Assembly (NCBI GenBank): GCA_051294905.1
Contig: CM119371.1
Coordinates: 37,760,001-37,824,000, forward strand
Length of the DNA: 64,000 nucleotides
Reading direction: 5' to 3'
Source of the DNA: Botryllus schlosseri
Taxonomy: Eukaryota
Shown piece after piece: positions 25,713 through 39,400 of the stretch (positions are counted from its first letter, which is position 1; every line of letters starts with the position of its first letter). Below the pieces are notes generated by a model. It did not search any database and had not been told where the DNA came from. It saw nothing but the letters and a program-made list of their open reading frames with translations. The position numbers were made by a program, and so were the translations under genes.

Positions 25713-28059
25713 CTCAACAGGTGATAAGTGGCATTGAAAACTTTTTGATATTAATTATAATGAAAATGACATCACGTTAGAAATAAGCGATGGCGGTATG
25801 ATTTCGCGTGATCTACCATTCGTGCAGAGAAAATGGTCGTTTATTTTAAATTGAAAATCTGTTTTGTGAAGGACAAATATTTATTTCCCTAACACATCGC
25901 CTTTGATACGTCGCTCACGATAGCACGCAAACCCGACAATGTATGAAGGTTAGCCCATGCCCGACTCGAATTTGCCTTCTGATCATGATTCAATGATCTT
26001 TTGGCCCTTTACGTATCGCTTGATGTAATGATGTGAAGATGTGATTTTATATTATCTTTTTTTAGTTTTCATTCAGTGAGTATGCCTCCCTGTTACATCG
26101 TCTAGGACAAGTAAGTGGGTGTCTGATTTCGAAGACTACTCAGTAGTGAGGGTTGATCAAATTGGTACGCACCAATCATGCGTGTCGAGTCCGCCCCCGA
26201 GGCTATTTACGTTCATCGTGACCGTTAGACTATAACCGTGTGTATTTAGGAGCAAATTTCGAAAAGTATGATGTCTATACAAGACTATATTCGCCAGATA
26301 TTATATTATGTGTATTTTTTCTGGATATTTAACATTAGTATGTGTATTTAGGACTTTGTATTTGGATTAGTGAGCGTTAGATGTTTTCGGCCATATAACT
26401 TTACCAAAGGCCCATTGCTTTTAGACTATCTATGTTCACGAGAACACTACAGCACCCAAGGCGAAAATAATCGAACGAACTATAGCCGCAGGCGCGCGAT
26501 TCTCAGGGCTGTAATTATACAAACACTTTATCTGCATATACGCGAACCCCAGCGTTATAACGACAGGGACTAATTAACGCGTTCTGAAGCCGTAAATTTA
26601 ATCAACTTCAATGATATGGCCATGATTTAAAGATGGTAATATCTCTTAATGACTTTATTACTCTGAATTTTAAATTATCCACACCTATTGGTTGAAATGT
26701 TGTTAAGTAACTAATGTTTTCAACATGACCTAAACGCAAAGTGCACGAATTTCCATGTTGATCAAATACCACAAACTTTGCTTGCTTTCAGAGTCAGTAA
26801 CTGAGCGCATAACAGAATTTACCCAAAATAGTCGGTACTCCGAAAATTTTGTATAGTAGAACTTTTTAAATTCATTTTACACTCGCGGTTTTATTGTTAT
26901 ATATTAAAATTAAACAATCACCTTCGCTGCAGGTACGCGATCCCTAACGTTATAATGATAGGGACAAATTAGCCGCATGAAAGCGAGTCTAATGAATATA
27001 ACGACAGACAACAAGTTAGTTGAAAAGTAAAACTAATCGTGACCGATGCATTAATGACTTCAATACTCTGTATTTTAAATTATCCACACCTTTGAGTCGA
27101 AACGTTGTTAAGTAAGTCATGTTTTCAACACAACCTAAATGCAGTGCACGAATTTCCATATCGATCAAATACCACGAATTTTGCTTGCTTTCAGAGTTAG
27201 TAACTAAGCGCGTAACATAATTTAATCGTAAGCTTTACTTGAATTTTAAGTTTCCGATTTCAAACTGAACGGTGGGATATGTATTGACCAATAAAGAGTG
27301 ACACAATATAGTAAACATGTGTGAGAAAACTCACAAGTAACCCGACATGTCAAATTTTGTTACGCATTTCATGATTGAACAACTTTAAAACCAACGCAGT
27401 TTCCCCCCGCACAATTATGAAGCCCGATTTTCTCGTTGTTATAATTAAACGAACACCATCGCCGCAGGTACGCGATCACCGACGTTATAATGATAAGGAC
27501 AAATTAGCCGCATGAAAGCGAGTCTAATGAATATAACGACAGACAACAAGTTAGTTGAAAAGTAAAACTAATCGTGACCGATGCAAGACGACGTGAAACA
27601 GCGCTTTCGCTCGATTCTTGTAGTGACCACATTTCATACGATTCAGTCCTTTTCATGTCACTAGAATAAGGATGATTAAACCGACAGTGAAACGCCGCCG
27701 GCGTCTTATAACGTAATAATGTAAGCTGCGTCGGGTGCTGCTATAATGTTCGGAGCGAATATAGTAGAAATATAACCAGTAGCTTACTTTGAAATCTCTA
27801 CTTGTAGTTGTATTGGAGCAGAATTGTGACCGATACATTAATGATTTTAATACTCTGTATTTTAAATTACCCACACCTATGAGTCGAGATGTTCTTAAGT
27901 AACTCATGTTTTCAATATCACCTAAACGCAAAGCTCCAAAATTTCCATGTTGATCAAATACCACAAACTTTGCTTGCTTTCAGACTTAGTAACAAAGCGC
28001 ATAACAGATTTCACCTAAATAAGTCGGTACTACGAAAATTTTGTAAATTAGAGCTTTTT

Positions 28060-28107
28060 GGTGATGGACTTAAGTTCCAATGAACAAGTGTTCACGTAGG
28101 TTCGAAT
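28060..28107 (+). pseudogene. tRNA-Leu(UAA) fragment (anticodon arm to T loop); mirror 38777-38824 (-)
   Basis: TGGA-CTTAAGT-TCCAA, variable arm GAACA-AG-TGTTC, GGTTCGAAT. Confidence 0.7.
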
Positions 28108-28353
28108 GGAGCAGAATTGTGACCGATGCATTAATGATTTTAATACGTACGTATTTTAAATTACCCACACCTATGAGTCGAAATTTTCTTAAGTAACTCA
28201 TGTTTCCAATATCACCTAAACGCAAAGTTCCAATATTTCCATGTTGATCAAATACCACAAATTTTGCTTGCTTTCAGACTTGGTAACAAAGCGCATAACA
28301 GAATTCACCTAAAAAAGTCGGTACTCCGAAAATTTTGTAAATTAGAGCTTTTT

Positions 28354-28414
28354 GGTGATGGACTTAAGTTCCAATGAACAAGTGTTCACGTAGGTTCGAA
28401 TCCCACACCCAGTA
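28354..28414 (+). pseudogene. tRNA-Leu(UAA) 3' two-thirds; mirror 38470-38530 (-)
   Basis: Anticodon arm with TAA, long variable arm, GTAGGTTCGAATCCCAC, 3' acceptor-like strand; D arm and 5' strand absent. Confidence 0.8.
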
Positions 28415-29076
28415 CGTTTTACGAGAATTAACATTTTTAGATTCAAATAGAGCATATTGAGTACTTTTTCAGCGCATTAGAGACGTTTACACTATGGAGT
28501 TCGTAAGCTTTGCTTGAGTTTTTTAAATTAAGGTAGAAGTAGCCATTTCCGAGTAAGTAAAACGTTAGTATTTTAGGTCCATTTCTGCTTAATGCAATAA
28601 TTATCGCGGTGTTGAAGCAGTCCAATATCATAAACACTTGAAAGAATTTGTTGCATGCAGCTAAAAACCTAATTGAGTACTCGGAAGAAGTACAAGTAGC
28701 ACAGTTTGTGGTGTTTGTATGACATCAAAATTTACGTACTTTTCGCTTACCTTATGTTAATAGTGTTCCTCGTCTATCTACTTTATAAGATTCAGTGTAG
28801 AAATTCAGTAGAAATGTAAACACGCTTGAATATGACTAAAACTCGCATAAGCATTACACTATGATTGATTATTTCAATTAGCAAGCATAATAGATCATCA
28901 CCTAATGAATGCAAGGACGAGTTCGCAAGTGGAAAATAAGTCAGATCGCTCGAAATAATAGTCCCGAGTTGCGTAAAGCTAAAATTTTGCTGGCTTTCAG
29001 AGTTAGTAACTAAGCGCGTAACAGAATTTTCCTAAAAAAGTCAGTACTCCAGAAATTTTGTAAAGTATAGCTTTTT

Positions 29077-29137
29077 GGCGTTGGACTTAAGTTCCAATGA
29101 ACAAGTGTTCACATAGGTTCGAATCCCACACCCACTA
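29077..29137 (+). pseudogene. tRNA-Leu(UAA) 3' two-thirds; mirror 37747-37807 (-)
   Basis: GGCGTTGGACTTAAGTTCCAATGAACAAGTGTTCACATAGGTTCGAATCCCACACCCACTA closely follows the metazoan tRNA-Leu(TAA) pattern. Confidence 0.8.
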
Positions 29138-30459
29138 CGTTTACGAGAATTAATATTTTTAGATTCAAATTTAGCGTATTGAGTACCTTTTCTGCCTTTT
29201 TCAGCGCATTAGAGACGTTTACACTATGGATTTCGTGAGCTTTACTTGAGTTTTATAAATTAACGTAAAAGTAGTCATTTCCGAGTAAGTAAAACGTTCG
29301 TATTGTAGGTTCATTTCTGCTTAATACTATAATTATCGTGGAGTTGGAGCAGTCCAATATCAAAAACACCCGAAAGTATTTGTTGCATATAGCTAAAAAC
29401 CTAATTGAGTACTCTGAAGAAGTGCAAGTAGCACAGTTTGTGGTATTTCTATGACATCGAAATTTAGCTAACCAGAACTTATACTTGAGTACTCCGAAAT
29501 GTACAAGTACTTTACCTTTACACGACGTTTCTGTAAAATGAATACTGATTTTATTAAAAAATAAAAAAGCACGAAAAATTACATTTTATCCCAAACCATC
29601 AGAATACTAAAGTAGCTTATTGCGTATATGGACCTAATACTAAAGTGTGTGACACAGGAGTGATTCATTAAGTATAGCGCAAGCAGGCCAAACCTATAAT
29701 TGAGTGCTCCAAAATGTACAAGTACTTCGCTATGTACTCCCTCCACGTAAAAAGTGACAGATTTAGACAAAAGTTGCTATAGAACTGCGTTAGTTTTAAA
29801 GTTGTTCCATCATGCAATGTGTGATGAAATTTGGTATGCTGCATAATCACAATGCCCTGGAGCTCATTTAGATACGTTTTTTTTAATGTAGTTACACATT
29901 CTAGTTGTTTTGATGTAAGGAAAAAATCATTCGATAACTCGATAGTTAACACGCGTTGATGTAACTTTCCTCATTTGTATGCATAGCCTACGCGAAATTA
30001 TTATTAGCATCTTCGAAACTTTTGGTCTAGTTCATCCGCTTGCATTTCGAAACAGACCATCACGACAAGACTCTAACCCACCACATCCGAGGTTTCAGTT
30101 GATCATATCGAAGAATATCATGTCCATTCGTGTTACCACCCGCAGATTGCGCCACTGCCTCATCAATAATTGTTACGTCATCATCATCACTAGCTTCCGG
30201 CTCTTTACGATACATAACGTGCTGTTCACCGTATCGATAGCACCAACGAATATTCGTGAAAGGGTTGTAATCTCGGTGAAATAGTGTACGACACATTTTT
30301 CCACAATTCGAATGCATGTCGGTTCATACTAAGACCATGTTACGGTCAAATATGTGTGTTTTTCTGTCTCCAAGTCAGCTACCCCCACATTGAATGTACA
30401 GAGTCGGTGTCAAATTTCTACAGCTACGTAAGGGAATTTTTAGGGTTACCCAGAATGAC

Positions 30460-31640
30460 GATTTTTTCAATATATTTGAGAAATGACATAACGCACCTTT
30501 AGGGCTGTGCAATCTGTTCCATCATTATACGCTTGTAAGTCGCCCCGAGCATTCGTGTGTCAACGAGTATGCAGTAATCATTTTCTTCGCTACCTGAAAT
30601 GGAACGATTTAGCTTCAAACTCAACGCATTAGCATAGCGAATCTAAGTATAGACGATAAATAATATACAGTATAGCTCTACCTAATTAATTCATAATATT
30701 GTAACCACAGCGAGATTCGAGTAATGAGCGGGGCTAGATAGTCTACCCTAAACAGAGAACTTGCATATACATTCGAATTTATGCGACTTCGGCTATATTG
30801 CCGGTTAACATTATAGCCGCGCACAGGACTGATTATTACGTTATAGCTATTTAAATGGTACGATATAGGAGAAATCTCGGTACGCTGGCGATTTTTTCAT
30901 AATAGTTGAGAAATGATATAACGCACCTTTAGGGCTGTGCAATTTGCTCCATCATCATACGCTTGTAACTCGCCCCGGGCTTGAATGTGTCCGCGAATAT
31001 ATGCCGTGATCATTTTCTTCGCTACATGAAATGAGACGATGTAGCTTCAAACTCAACGCATTAGCATGCTAAATTTAAAAAAAATAGGTCGTAAATAATA
31101 TAGCGAAGCTCTACTTAATTAAATCTTAATATTGTAATAGCACAAATTATGACGTAGCGTGATCTAGGTATTACTATAGATGTAATATATGATTATTCAG
31201 CATTCGAAATGATAAAGCTTCAGCCATGAAGCTCTGGTGATTTTTTCAATATAATTGAGAAATGATATAACGCACCCTTAGGACTGTGCCATCTGCTCCA
31301 TCATTATACGCTTGTAAGTCGTCCTGGGCTTGCGTGTGTCAACGAGTAGGCAGTAATCATTTTCTTCGCTACCTGAAATGGAGCGATTTAGCTTCAAACT
31401 CAACGCATTAGCATACCGAATTTAAATATAGACGATAAGTAATATACAGTATAGCTCCACTCAATTAATTCACAATATTGTAACCACCGCGAGATTCGAG
31501 TAATAAGCGAGGCTAGAGAGTCTACCCTTAACGGAGAACTTGCATATACATTCGAATTTATGCGACTTCGGCAATATTGCCGGTTAATATTATATCTGCG
31601 CACAGAACTAATTATTACGTTATTAGCTATTGGAGAAATC
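30460..31640. repeat. Three diverged tandem units (~350-430 bp) in the E2 arm (mirror ~35244-36424)
   Basis: ttgagaaatga.ataacgcacc.ttagg.ctgtgc at ~30476, ~30906, ~31255. Confidence 0.8.
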
Positions 31641-32199
31641 TCAACGTAATTCAATCTGCGTGCACAATCCACGTAAGCTAATACCGCATCGAGAAATTAT
31701 AGCTAAATTTAGTTTAAATCGATACAAAAATACATGGATCCTACCTTACCTGTGATGCCTGCCTCGTTCGCTGTGCACATGACAATACTTGGAACAGAAA
31801 TGTGAAGTTTTCAGAATGCGAATTACTTTACGTCGGAAGTAAACATTCTAATTCGTATCGCCAACGCAACTTTATTCATAATGTTCTAATTCGCATTATC
31901 GATGTGGCCCGACTTCTTGGAATCGTAATCAACTATATTCGTGGCACATTTACACGCGTCAATTTCTTGGAATAGTATTCGGCAACATGCGCGGCCCCAG
32001 CAATAATCGCGCAGACCCTAATGTTTTTGAGCTGCATAGCAATGAAATCTTTTGACTGCAAGCGCGAGTTCACAACTGACAAATATGTTAGATCGCACGA
32101 AATAATAGTCCCGAGTTGCGTAAAGTTAATGTTCTCCGCGTAGCTGAGATCGAGGTTTTTCAAGATTTCATCATCACACATCTAATGATGGAACACCTT

Positions 32200-32760
32200 T
32201 GAAACTATCGCAGTCGAATACCGACTTTTACGCATATCTGCTTTTCGTGAACACAGCATATACCCATACATAGTCAATTTTAATAACAGAATTAGTGTGC
32301 GAAACATCAAATTCTCACCTTGAACGTTGGTACGCAGTTGTAGGACATAATAAGAATGAACCATACCAAATTTCGTCACACATTTCATGATGTAACACCT
32401 TTAAAACCAACGCAGTTCTATACAGACTTTTGGCTAAGTCTGTTTTCCGTAGCGTAGCACGTACCTATGCATAGTCAACTTTAATAACGGAATTACCATG
32501 TTAATAATCGACTCCCGACCTTGAAACTCGCTACACCGTTGTAATACATTATGACAATGCACCATGTCAAATTTTGTTACGCATTTCATGATTGAACAAC
32601 TTTAAAACTAATCCAGTTCCATGCCGACTTTTGCGGGGGCGTAGCACGTACCTATGCATACTCAACTTTAATAACGGAATTACCGGGCTTAACATTGAAT
32701 GCGCAACTTGAAGATCGGTTCACAGGTGTAGGACATTATGACAATGGAACATACCACTGC
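32200..32760. repeat. About three diverged ~185-200-bp units in the E2 arm (mirror ~34124-34684)
   Basis: cata.tcaa.tttaataac.gaatta at ~32269, ~32470, ~32657. Confidence 0.7.
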
Positions 32761-33421
32761 GCTAACTTTCAGAATTGTTAAGTATAGTACTCGCACTTTG
32801 TGAGAATACCCAAGTAGGGTTTTTGCCTACATGCACCAAATACTCTCAAGTCCTTATGATATTGGAGTACATCAACTTCATGATAGCTAGAGTATTGAAC
32901 AGAAATGGACCTAGAGTACTAACGTTTTACTTACTCGGAAATGACTACTTCTACCTTATTTTAAAGGATACCTCGTTCGAAGCGAAATTTATGTGGTTTT
33001 GGATAATATCCAAGATATAGGCTCACTTTGAAGGGTACTTCCTAAAACTCAAATATTGCGCAAAAAGTACAATTAGGGATCTAAAAGTAACTAATATAGA
33101 TGGTTATTTCCGTAGATGACTTACCCTCTACTCAAGAGGTTTTTCAGGTGGAACTACCTACTTTTAGGACTGTGTATGTCAAAGTAGTTTGAGCTTACGT
33201 TTATATCACCTTGACAAGTGACATTATCAGACATGAAAATGATATTATCACGTAATACCAGAAGTTAACACACGTCAATGTGTTTCGGAATTCACGAGAA
33301 ATTGCTTACTAAGAGAAGTATATTCTTGTGTACACAATAGCGGAGAGAATATTTAAAATGTAGTAAGCAGGCCGATGGGTATTCATTGAGTTGTATAAGC
33401 ATAAAAAACATTCCTGCGTGC

Positions 33422-33462
33422 GCGTCTCAGGATTAGGTGGTAGGGTTAGGCAGGGTTTAGGA
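33422..33462 (+). other. Unpaired apex loop of E2 with degenerate telomere-like (TTAGG/TAGGG) repeats
   Basis: gcgtctcaggattaggtggtagggttaggcagggtttagga between arms closing on cattcctgcgtgc/gcgcgcgggaatg. Confidence 0.85.
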
Positions 33463-36400
33463 GCGCGCGGGAATGTTTTTTATGCTTATACAACTCAATG
33501 AATACCCATCGGCCTGCTTACTACATTTTAAATATTCTCTCCGCTATTGTGTACACAAGAATATACTTCTCTTAGTAGGCAATTTCTCGTGAATTCCGAA
33601 ACACATTGACGTGTGTTAACTTCTGGTATTACGTGATAATATCATTTTCATGTCTGATAATGTCACTTGTCAAGGTGATATAAACGTAAGCTCAAACTAC
33701 TTTGACATACACAGTCCTAAAAGTAGGTAGTTCCACCTGAAAAACCTCTTGAGTAGAGGGTAAGTCATCTACGGAAATAACCATCTATATTAGTTACTTT
33801 TAGATCCCTAATTGTACTTTTTGCGCAATATTTGAGTTTTAGGAAGTACCCTTCAAAGTGAGCCTACATCTTGGATATTATCCAAAACCACATAAATTTC
33901 GCTTCGAACGAGGTATCCTTTAAAATAAGGTAGAAGTAGTCATTTCCGAGTAAGTAAAACGTTAGTACTCTAGGTCCATTTCTGTTCAATACTCTAGCTA
34001 TCATGAAGTTGATGTACTCCAATATCATAAGGACTTGAGAGTATTTGGTGCATGTAGGCAAAAACCCTACTTGGGTATTCTCACAAAGTGCGAGTACTAT
34101 ACTTAACAATTCTGAAAGTTAGCGCAGTGGTATGTTCCATTGTCATAATGTCCTACACCTGTGAACCGATCTTCAAGTTGCGCATTCAATGTTAAGCTCG
34201 GTAATTCCGTTATTAAAGTTGAGTATGCATAGGTACGTGCTACGCCCCCGCAAAAGTCGGCATGGAACTGGATTAGTTTTAAAGTTGTTCAATCATGAAA
34301 TGCGTAACAAAATTTGACATGGTGCATTGTCATAATGTATTACAACGGTGTAGCGAGTTTCAAGGTTGGGAGTCGATTATTAACATGGTAATTCCGTTAT
34401 TAAAGTTGACTATGCATAGGTACGTGCTACGCTACGGAAAACAGACTTAGCCAAAAGTCTGTATAGAACTGCGTTGGTTTTAAAGGTGTTACATCATGAA
34501 ATGTGTGACGAAATTTGGTATGGTTCATTCTTATTATGTCCTACAACTGCGTACCAACGTTCAAGGTGAGAATTTGATGTTTCGCACACTAATTCTGTTA
34601 TTAAAATTGACTATGTATGGGTATATGCTGTGTTCACGAAAAGCAGATATGCGTAAAAGTCGGTATTCGACTGCGATAGTTTCAAAGGTGTTCCATCATT
34701 AGATGTGTGATGATGAAATCTTGAAAAACCTCGATCTCAGCTACGCGGAGAACATTAACTTTACGCAACTCGGGACTATTATTTCGTGCGATCTAACATA
34801 TTTGTCAGTTGTGAACTCGCGCTTGCAGTCAAAAGATTTCATTGCTATGCAGCTCAAAAACATTAGGGTCTGCGCGATTATTGCTGGGGCCGCGCATGTT
34901 GCCGAATACTATTCCAAGAAATTGACGCGTGTAAATGTGCCACGAATATAGTTGATTACGATTCCAAGAAGTCGGGCCACATCGATAATGCGAATTAGAA
35001 CATTATAAATAAAGTTGCGTTGGCGATACGAATTAGAATGTTTACTTCCGACGTAAAGTAATTCGCATTCTGAAAACTTCACATTTCTGTTCCAAGTATT
35101 GTCATGTGCACAGCGAACGAGGCAGGCATCACAGGTAAGGTAGGATCCATGTATTTTTGTATCGATTTAAACTAAATTTAGCTATAATTTCTCGATGCGG
35201 TATTAGCTTACGTGGATTGTGCACGCAGATTGAATTACGTTGAGATTTCTCCAATAGCTAATAACGTAATAATTAGTTCTGTGCGCAGATATAATATTAA
35301 CCGGCAATATTGCCGAAGTCGCATAAATTCGAATGTATATGCAAGTTCTCCGTTAAGGGTAGACTCTCTAGCCTCGCTTATTACTCGAATCTCGCGGTGG
35401 TTACAATATTGTGAATTAATTGAGTGGAGCTATACTGTATATTACTTATCGTCTATATTTAAATTCGGTATGCTAATGCGTTGAGTTTGAAGCTAAATCG
35501 CTCCATTTCAGGTAGCGAAGAAAATGATTACTGCCTACTCGTTGACACACGCAAGCCCAGGACGACTTACAAGCGTATAATGATGGAGCAGATGGCACAG
35601 TCCTAAGGGTGCGTTATATCATTTCTCAATTATATTGAAAAAATCACCAGAGCTTCATGGCTGAAGCTTTATCATTTCGAATGCTGAATAATCATATATT
35701 ACATCTATAGTAATACCTAGATCACGCTACGTCATAATTTGTGCTATTACAATATTAAGATTTAATTAAGTAGAGCTTCGCTATATTATTTACGACCTAT
35801 TTTTTTTAAATTTAGCATGCTAATGCGTTGAGTTTGAAGCTACATCGTCTCATTTCATGTAGCGAAGAAAATGATCACGGCATATATTCGCGGACACATT
35901 CAAGCCCGGGGCGAGTTACAAGCGTATGATGATGGAGCAAATTGCACAGCCCTAAAGGTGCGTTATATCATTTCTCAACTATTATGAAAAAATCGCCAGC
36001 GTACCGAGATTTCTCCTATATCGTACCATTTAAATAGCTATAACGTAATAATCAGTCCTGTGCGCGGCTATAATGTTAACCGGCAATATAGCCGAAGTCG
36101 CATAAATTCGAATGTATATGCAAGTTCTCTGTTTAGGGTAGACTATCTAGCCCCGCTCATTACTCGAATCTCGCTGTGGTTACAATATTATGAATTAATT
36201 AGGTAGAGCTATACTGTATATTATTTATCGTCTATACTTAGATTCGCTATGCTAATGCGTTGAGTTTGAAGCTAAATCGTTCCATTTCAGGTAGCGAAGA
36301 AAATGATTACTGCATACTCGTTGACACACGAATGCTCGGGGCGACTTACAAGCGTATAATGATGGAACAGATTGCACAGCCCTAAAGGTGCGTTATGTCA

Positions 36401-39400
36401 TTTCTCAAATATATTGAAAAAATCGTCATTCTGGGTAACCCTAAAAATTCCCTTACGTAGCTGTAGAAATTTGACACCGACTCTGTACATTCAATGTGGG
36501 GGTAGCTGACTTGGAGACAGAAAAACACACATATTTGACCGTAACATGGTCTTAGTATGAACCGACATGCATTCGAATTGTGGAAAAATGTGTCGCACAC
36601 TATTTCACCGAGATTACAACCCTTTCACGAATATTCGTTGGTGCTATCGATACGGTGAACAGCACGTTATGTATAGTAAAGAGCCGGAAGCTAGTGATGA
36701 TGATGACGTAACAATTATTGATGAGGCAGTGGCGCAATCTGCGGGTGGTAACACGAATGGACATGATATTCTTCGATATGATCAACTGAAACCTCGGATG
36801 TGGTGGGTTAGAGTCTTGTCGTGATGGTCTGTTTCGAAATGCAAGCGGATGAACTAGACCAAAAGTTTCGAAGATGCTAATAATAATTTCGCGTAGGCTA
36901 TGCATACAAATGAGGAAAGTTACATCAACGCGTGTTAACTATCGAGTTATCGAATGATTTTTTCCTTACATCAAAACAACTAGAATGTGTAACTACATTA
37001 AAAAAAACGTATCTAAATGAGCTCCAGGGCATTGTGATTATGCAGCATACCAAATTTCATCACACATTGCATGATGGAACAACTTTAAAACTAACGCAGT
37101 TCTATAGCAACTTTTGTCTAAATCTGTCACTTTTTACGTGGAGGGAGTACATAGCGAAGTACTTGTACATTTTGGAGCACTCAATTATAGGTTTGGCCTG
37201 CTTGCGCTATACTTAATGAATCACTCCTGTGTCACACACTTTAGTATTAGGTCCATATACGCAATAAGCTACTTTAGTATTCTGATGGTTTGGGATAAAA
37301 TGTAATTTTTCGTGCTTTTTTATTTTTTAATAAAATCAGTATTCATTTTACAGAAACGTCGTGTAAAGGTAAAGTACTTGTACATTTCGGAGTACTCAAG
37401 TATAAGTTCTGGTTAGCTAAATTTCGATGTCATAGAAATACCACAAACTGTGCTACTTGCACTTCTTCAGAGTACTCAATTAGGTTTTTAGCTATATGCA
37501 ACAAATACTTTCGGGTGTTTTTGATATTGGACTGCTCCAACTCCATGATAATTATAGTATTAAGCAGAAATGAACCTACAATACGAACGTTTTACTTACT
37601 CGGAAATGACTACTTTTACGTTAATTTATAAAACTCAAGTAAAGCTCACGAAATCCATAGTGTAAACGTCTCTAATGCGCTGAAAAAGGCAGAAAAGGTA
37701 CTCAATACGCTAAATTTGAATCTAAAAATATTAATTCTCGTAAACGTAGTGGGTGTGGGATTCGAACCTATGTGAACACTTGTTCATTGGAACTTAAGTC
37801 CAACGCCAAAAAGCTATACTTTACAAAATTTCTGGAGTACTGACTTTTTTAGGAAAATTCTGTTACGCGCTTAGTTACTAACTCTGAAAGCCAGCAAAAT
37901 TTTAGCTTTACGCAACTCGGGACTATTATTTCGAGCGATCTGACTTATTTTCCACTTGCGAACTCGTCCTTGCATTCATTAGGTGATGATCTATTATGCT
38001 TGCTAATTGAAATAATCAATCATAGTGTAATGCTTATGCGAGTTTTAGTCATATTCAAGCGTGTTTACATTTCTACTGAATTTCTACACTGAATCTTATA
38101 AAGTAGATAGACGAGGAACACTATTAACATAAGGTAAGCGAAAAGTACGTAAATTTTGATGTCATACAAACACCACAAACTGTGCTACTTGTACTTCTTC
38201 CGAGTACTCAATTAGGTTTTTAGCTGCATGCAACAAATTCTTTCAAGTGTTTATGATATTGGACTGCTTCAACACCACGATAATTATTGCATTAAGCAGA
38301 AATGGACCTAAAATACTAACGTTTTACTTACTCGGAAATGGCTACTTCTACCTTAATTTAAAAAACTCAAGCAAAGCTTACGAACTCCATAGTGTAAACG
38401 TCTCTAATGCGCTGAAAAAGTACTCAATATGCTCTATTTGAATCTAAAAATGTTAATTCTCGTAAAACGTACTGGGTGTGGGATTCGAACCTACGTGAAC
38501 ACTTGTTCATTGGAACTTAAGTCCATCACCAAAAAGCTCTAATTTACAAAATTTTCGGAGTACCGACTTTTTTAGGTGAATTCTGTTATGCGCTTTGTTA
38601 CCAAGTCTGAAAGCAAGCAAAATTTGTGGTATTTGATCAACATGGAAATATTGGAACTTTGCGTTTAGGTGATATTGGAAACATGAGTTACTTAAGAAAA
38701 TTTCGACTCATAGGTGTGGGTAATTTAAAATACGTACGTATTAAAATCATTAATGCATCGGTCACAATTCTGCTCCATTCGAACCTACGTGAACACTTGT
38801 TCATTGGAACTTAAGTCCATCACCAAAAAGCTCTAATTTACAAAATTTTCGTAGTACCGACTTATTTAGGTGAAATCTGTTATGCGCTTTGTTACTAAGT
38901 CTGAAAGCAAGCAAAGTTTGTGGTATTTGATCAACATGGAAATTTTGGAGCTTTGCGTTTAGGTGATATTGAAAACATGAGTTACTTAAGAACATCTCGA
39001 CTCATAGGTGTGGGTAATTTAAAATACAGAGTATTAAAATCATTAATGTATCGGTCACAATTCTGCTCCAATACAACTACAAGTAGAGATTTCAAAGTAA
39101 GCTACTGGTTATATTTCTACTATATTCGCTCCGAACATTATAGCAGCACCCGACGCAGCTTACATTATTACGTTATAAGACGCCGGCGGCGTTTCACTGT
39201 CGGTTTAATCATCCTTATTCTAGTGACATGAAAAGGACTGAATCGTATGAAATGTGGTCACTACAAGAATCGAGCGAAAGCGCTGTTTCACGTCGTCTTG
39301 CATCGGTCACGATTAGTTTTACTTTTCAACTAACTTGTTGTCTGTCGTTATATTCATTAGACTCGCTTTCATGCGGCTAATTTGTCCTTATCATTTTAAC

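Larger units (their letters stand above)
26546..29500. repeat. Mosaic of diverged 150-300-bp modules in the E2 arm (mirror ~37384-40338)
   Basis: Module ttttaaatta.ccacacct...gatcaaataccac...ttgcttgctttcaga near 26650, 27050, 27840, 28130; module gtacgcgatc...ggacaaattagccgcatgaaagcg near 26930, 27465. Confidence 0.8.

Noticed and set aside
28354..28414. Functional tRNA-Leu genes
   Set aside because: No D arm, A box or 5' acceptor strand
33422..33462. Telomere fusion or true interstitial telomere array
   Set aside because: Repeats are few, degenerate and on one strand only, with no head-to-head TTAGGG/CCCTAA junction
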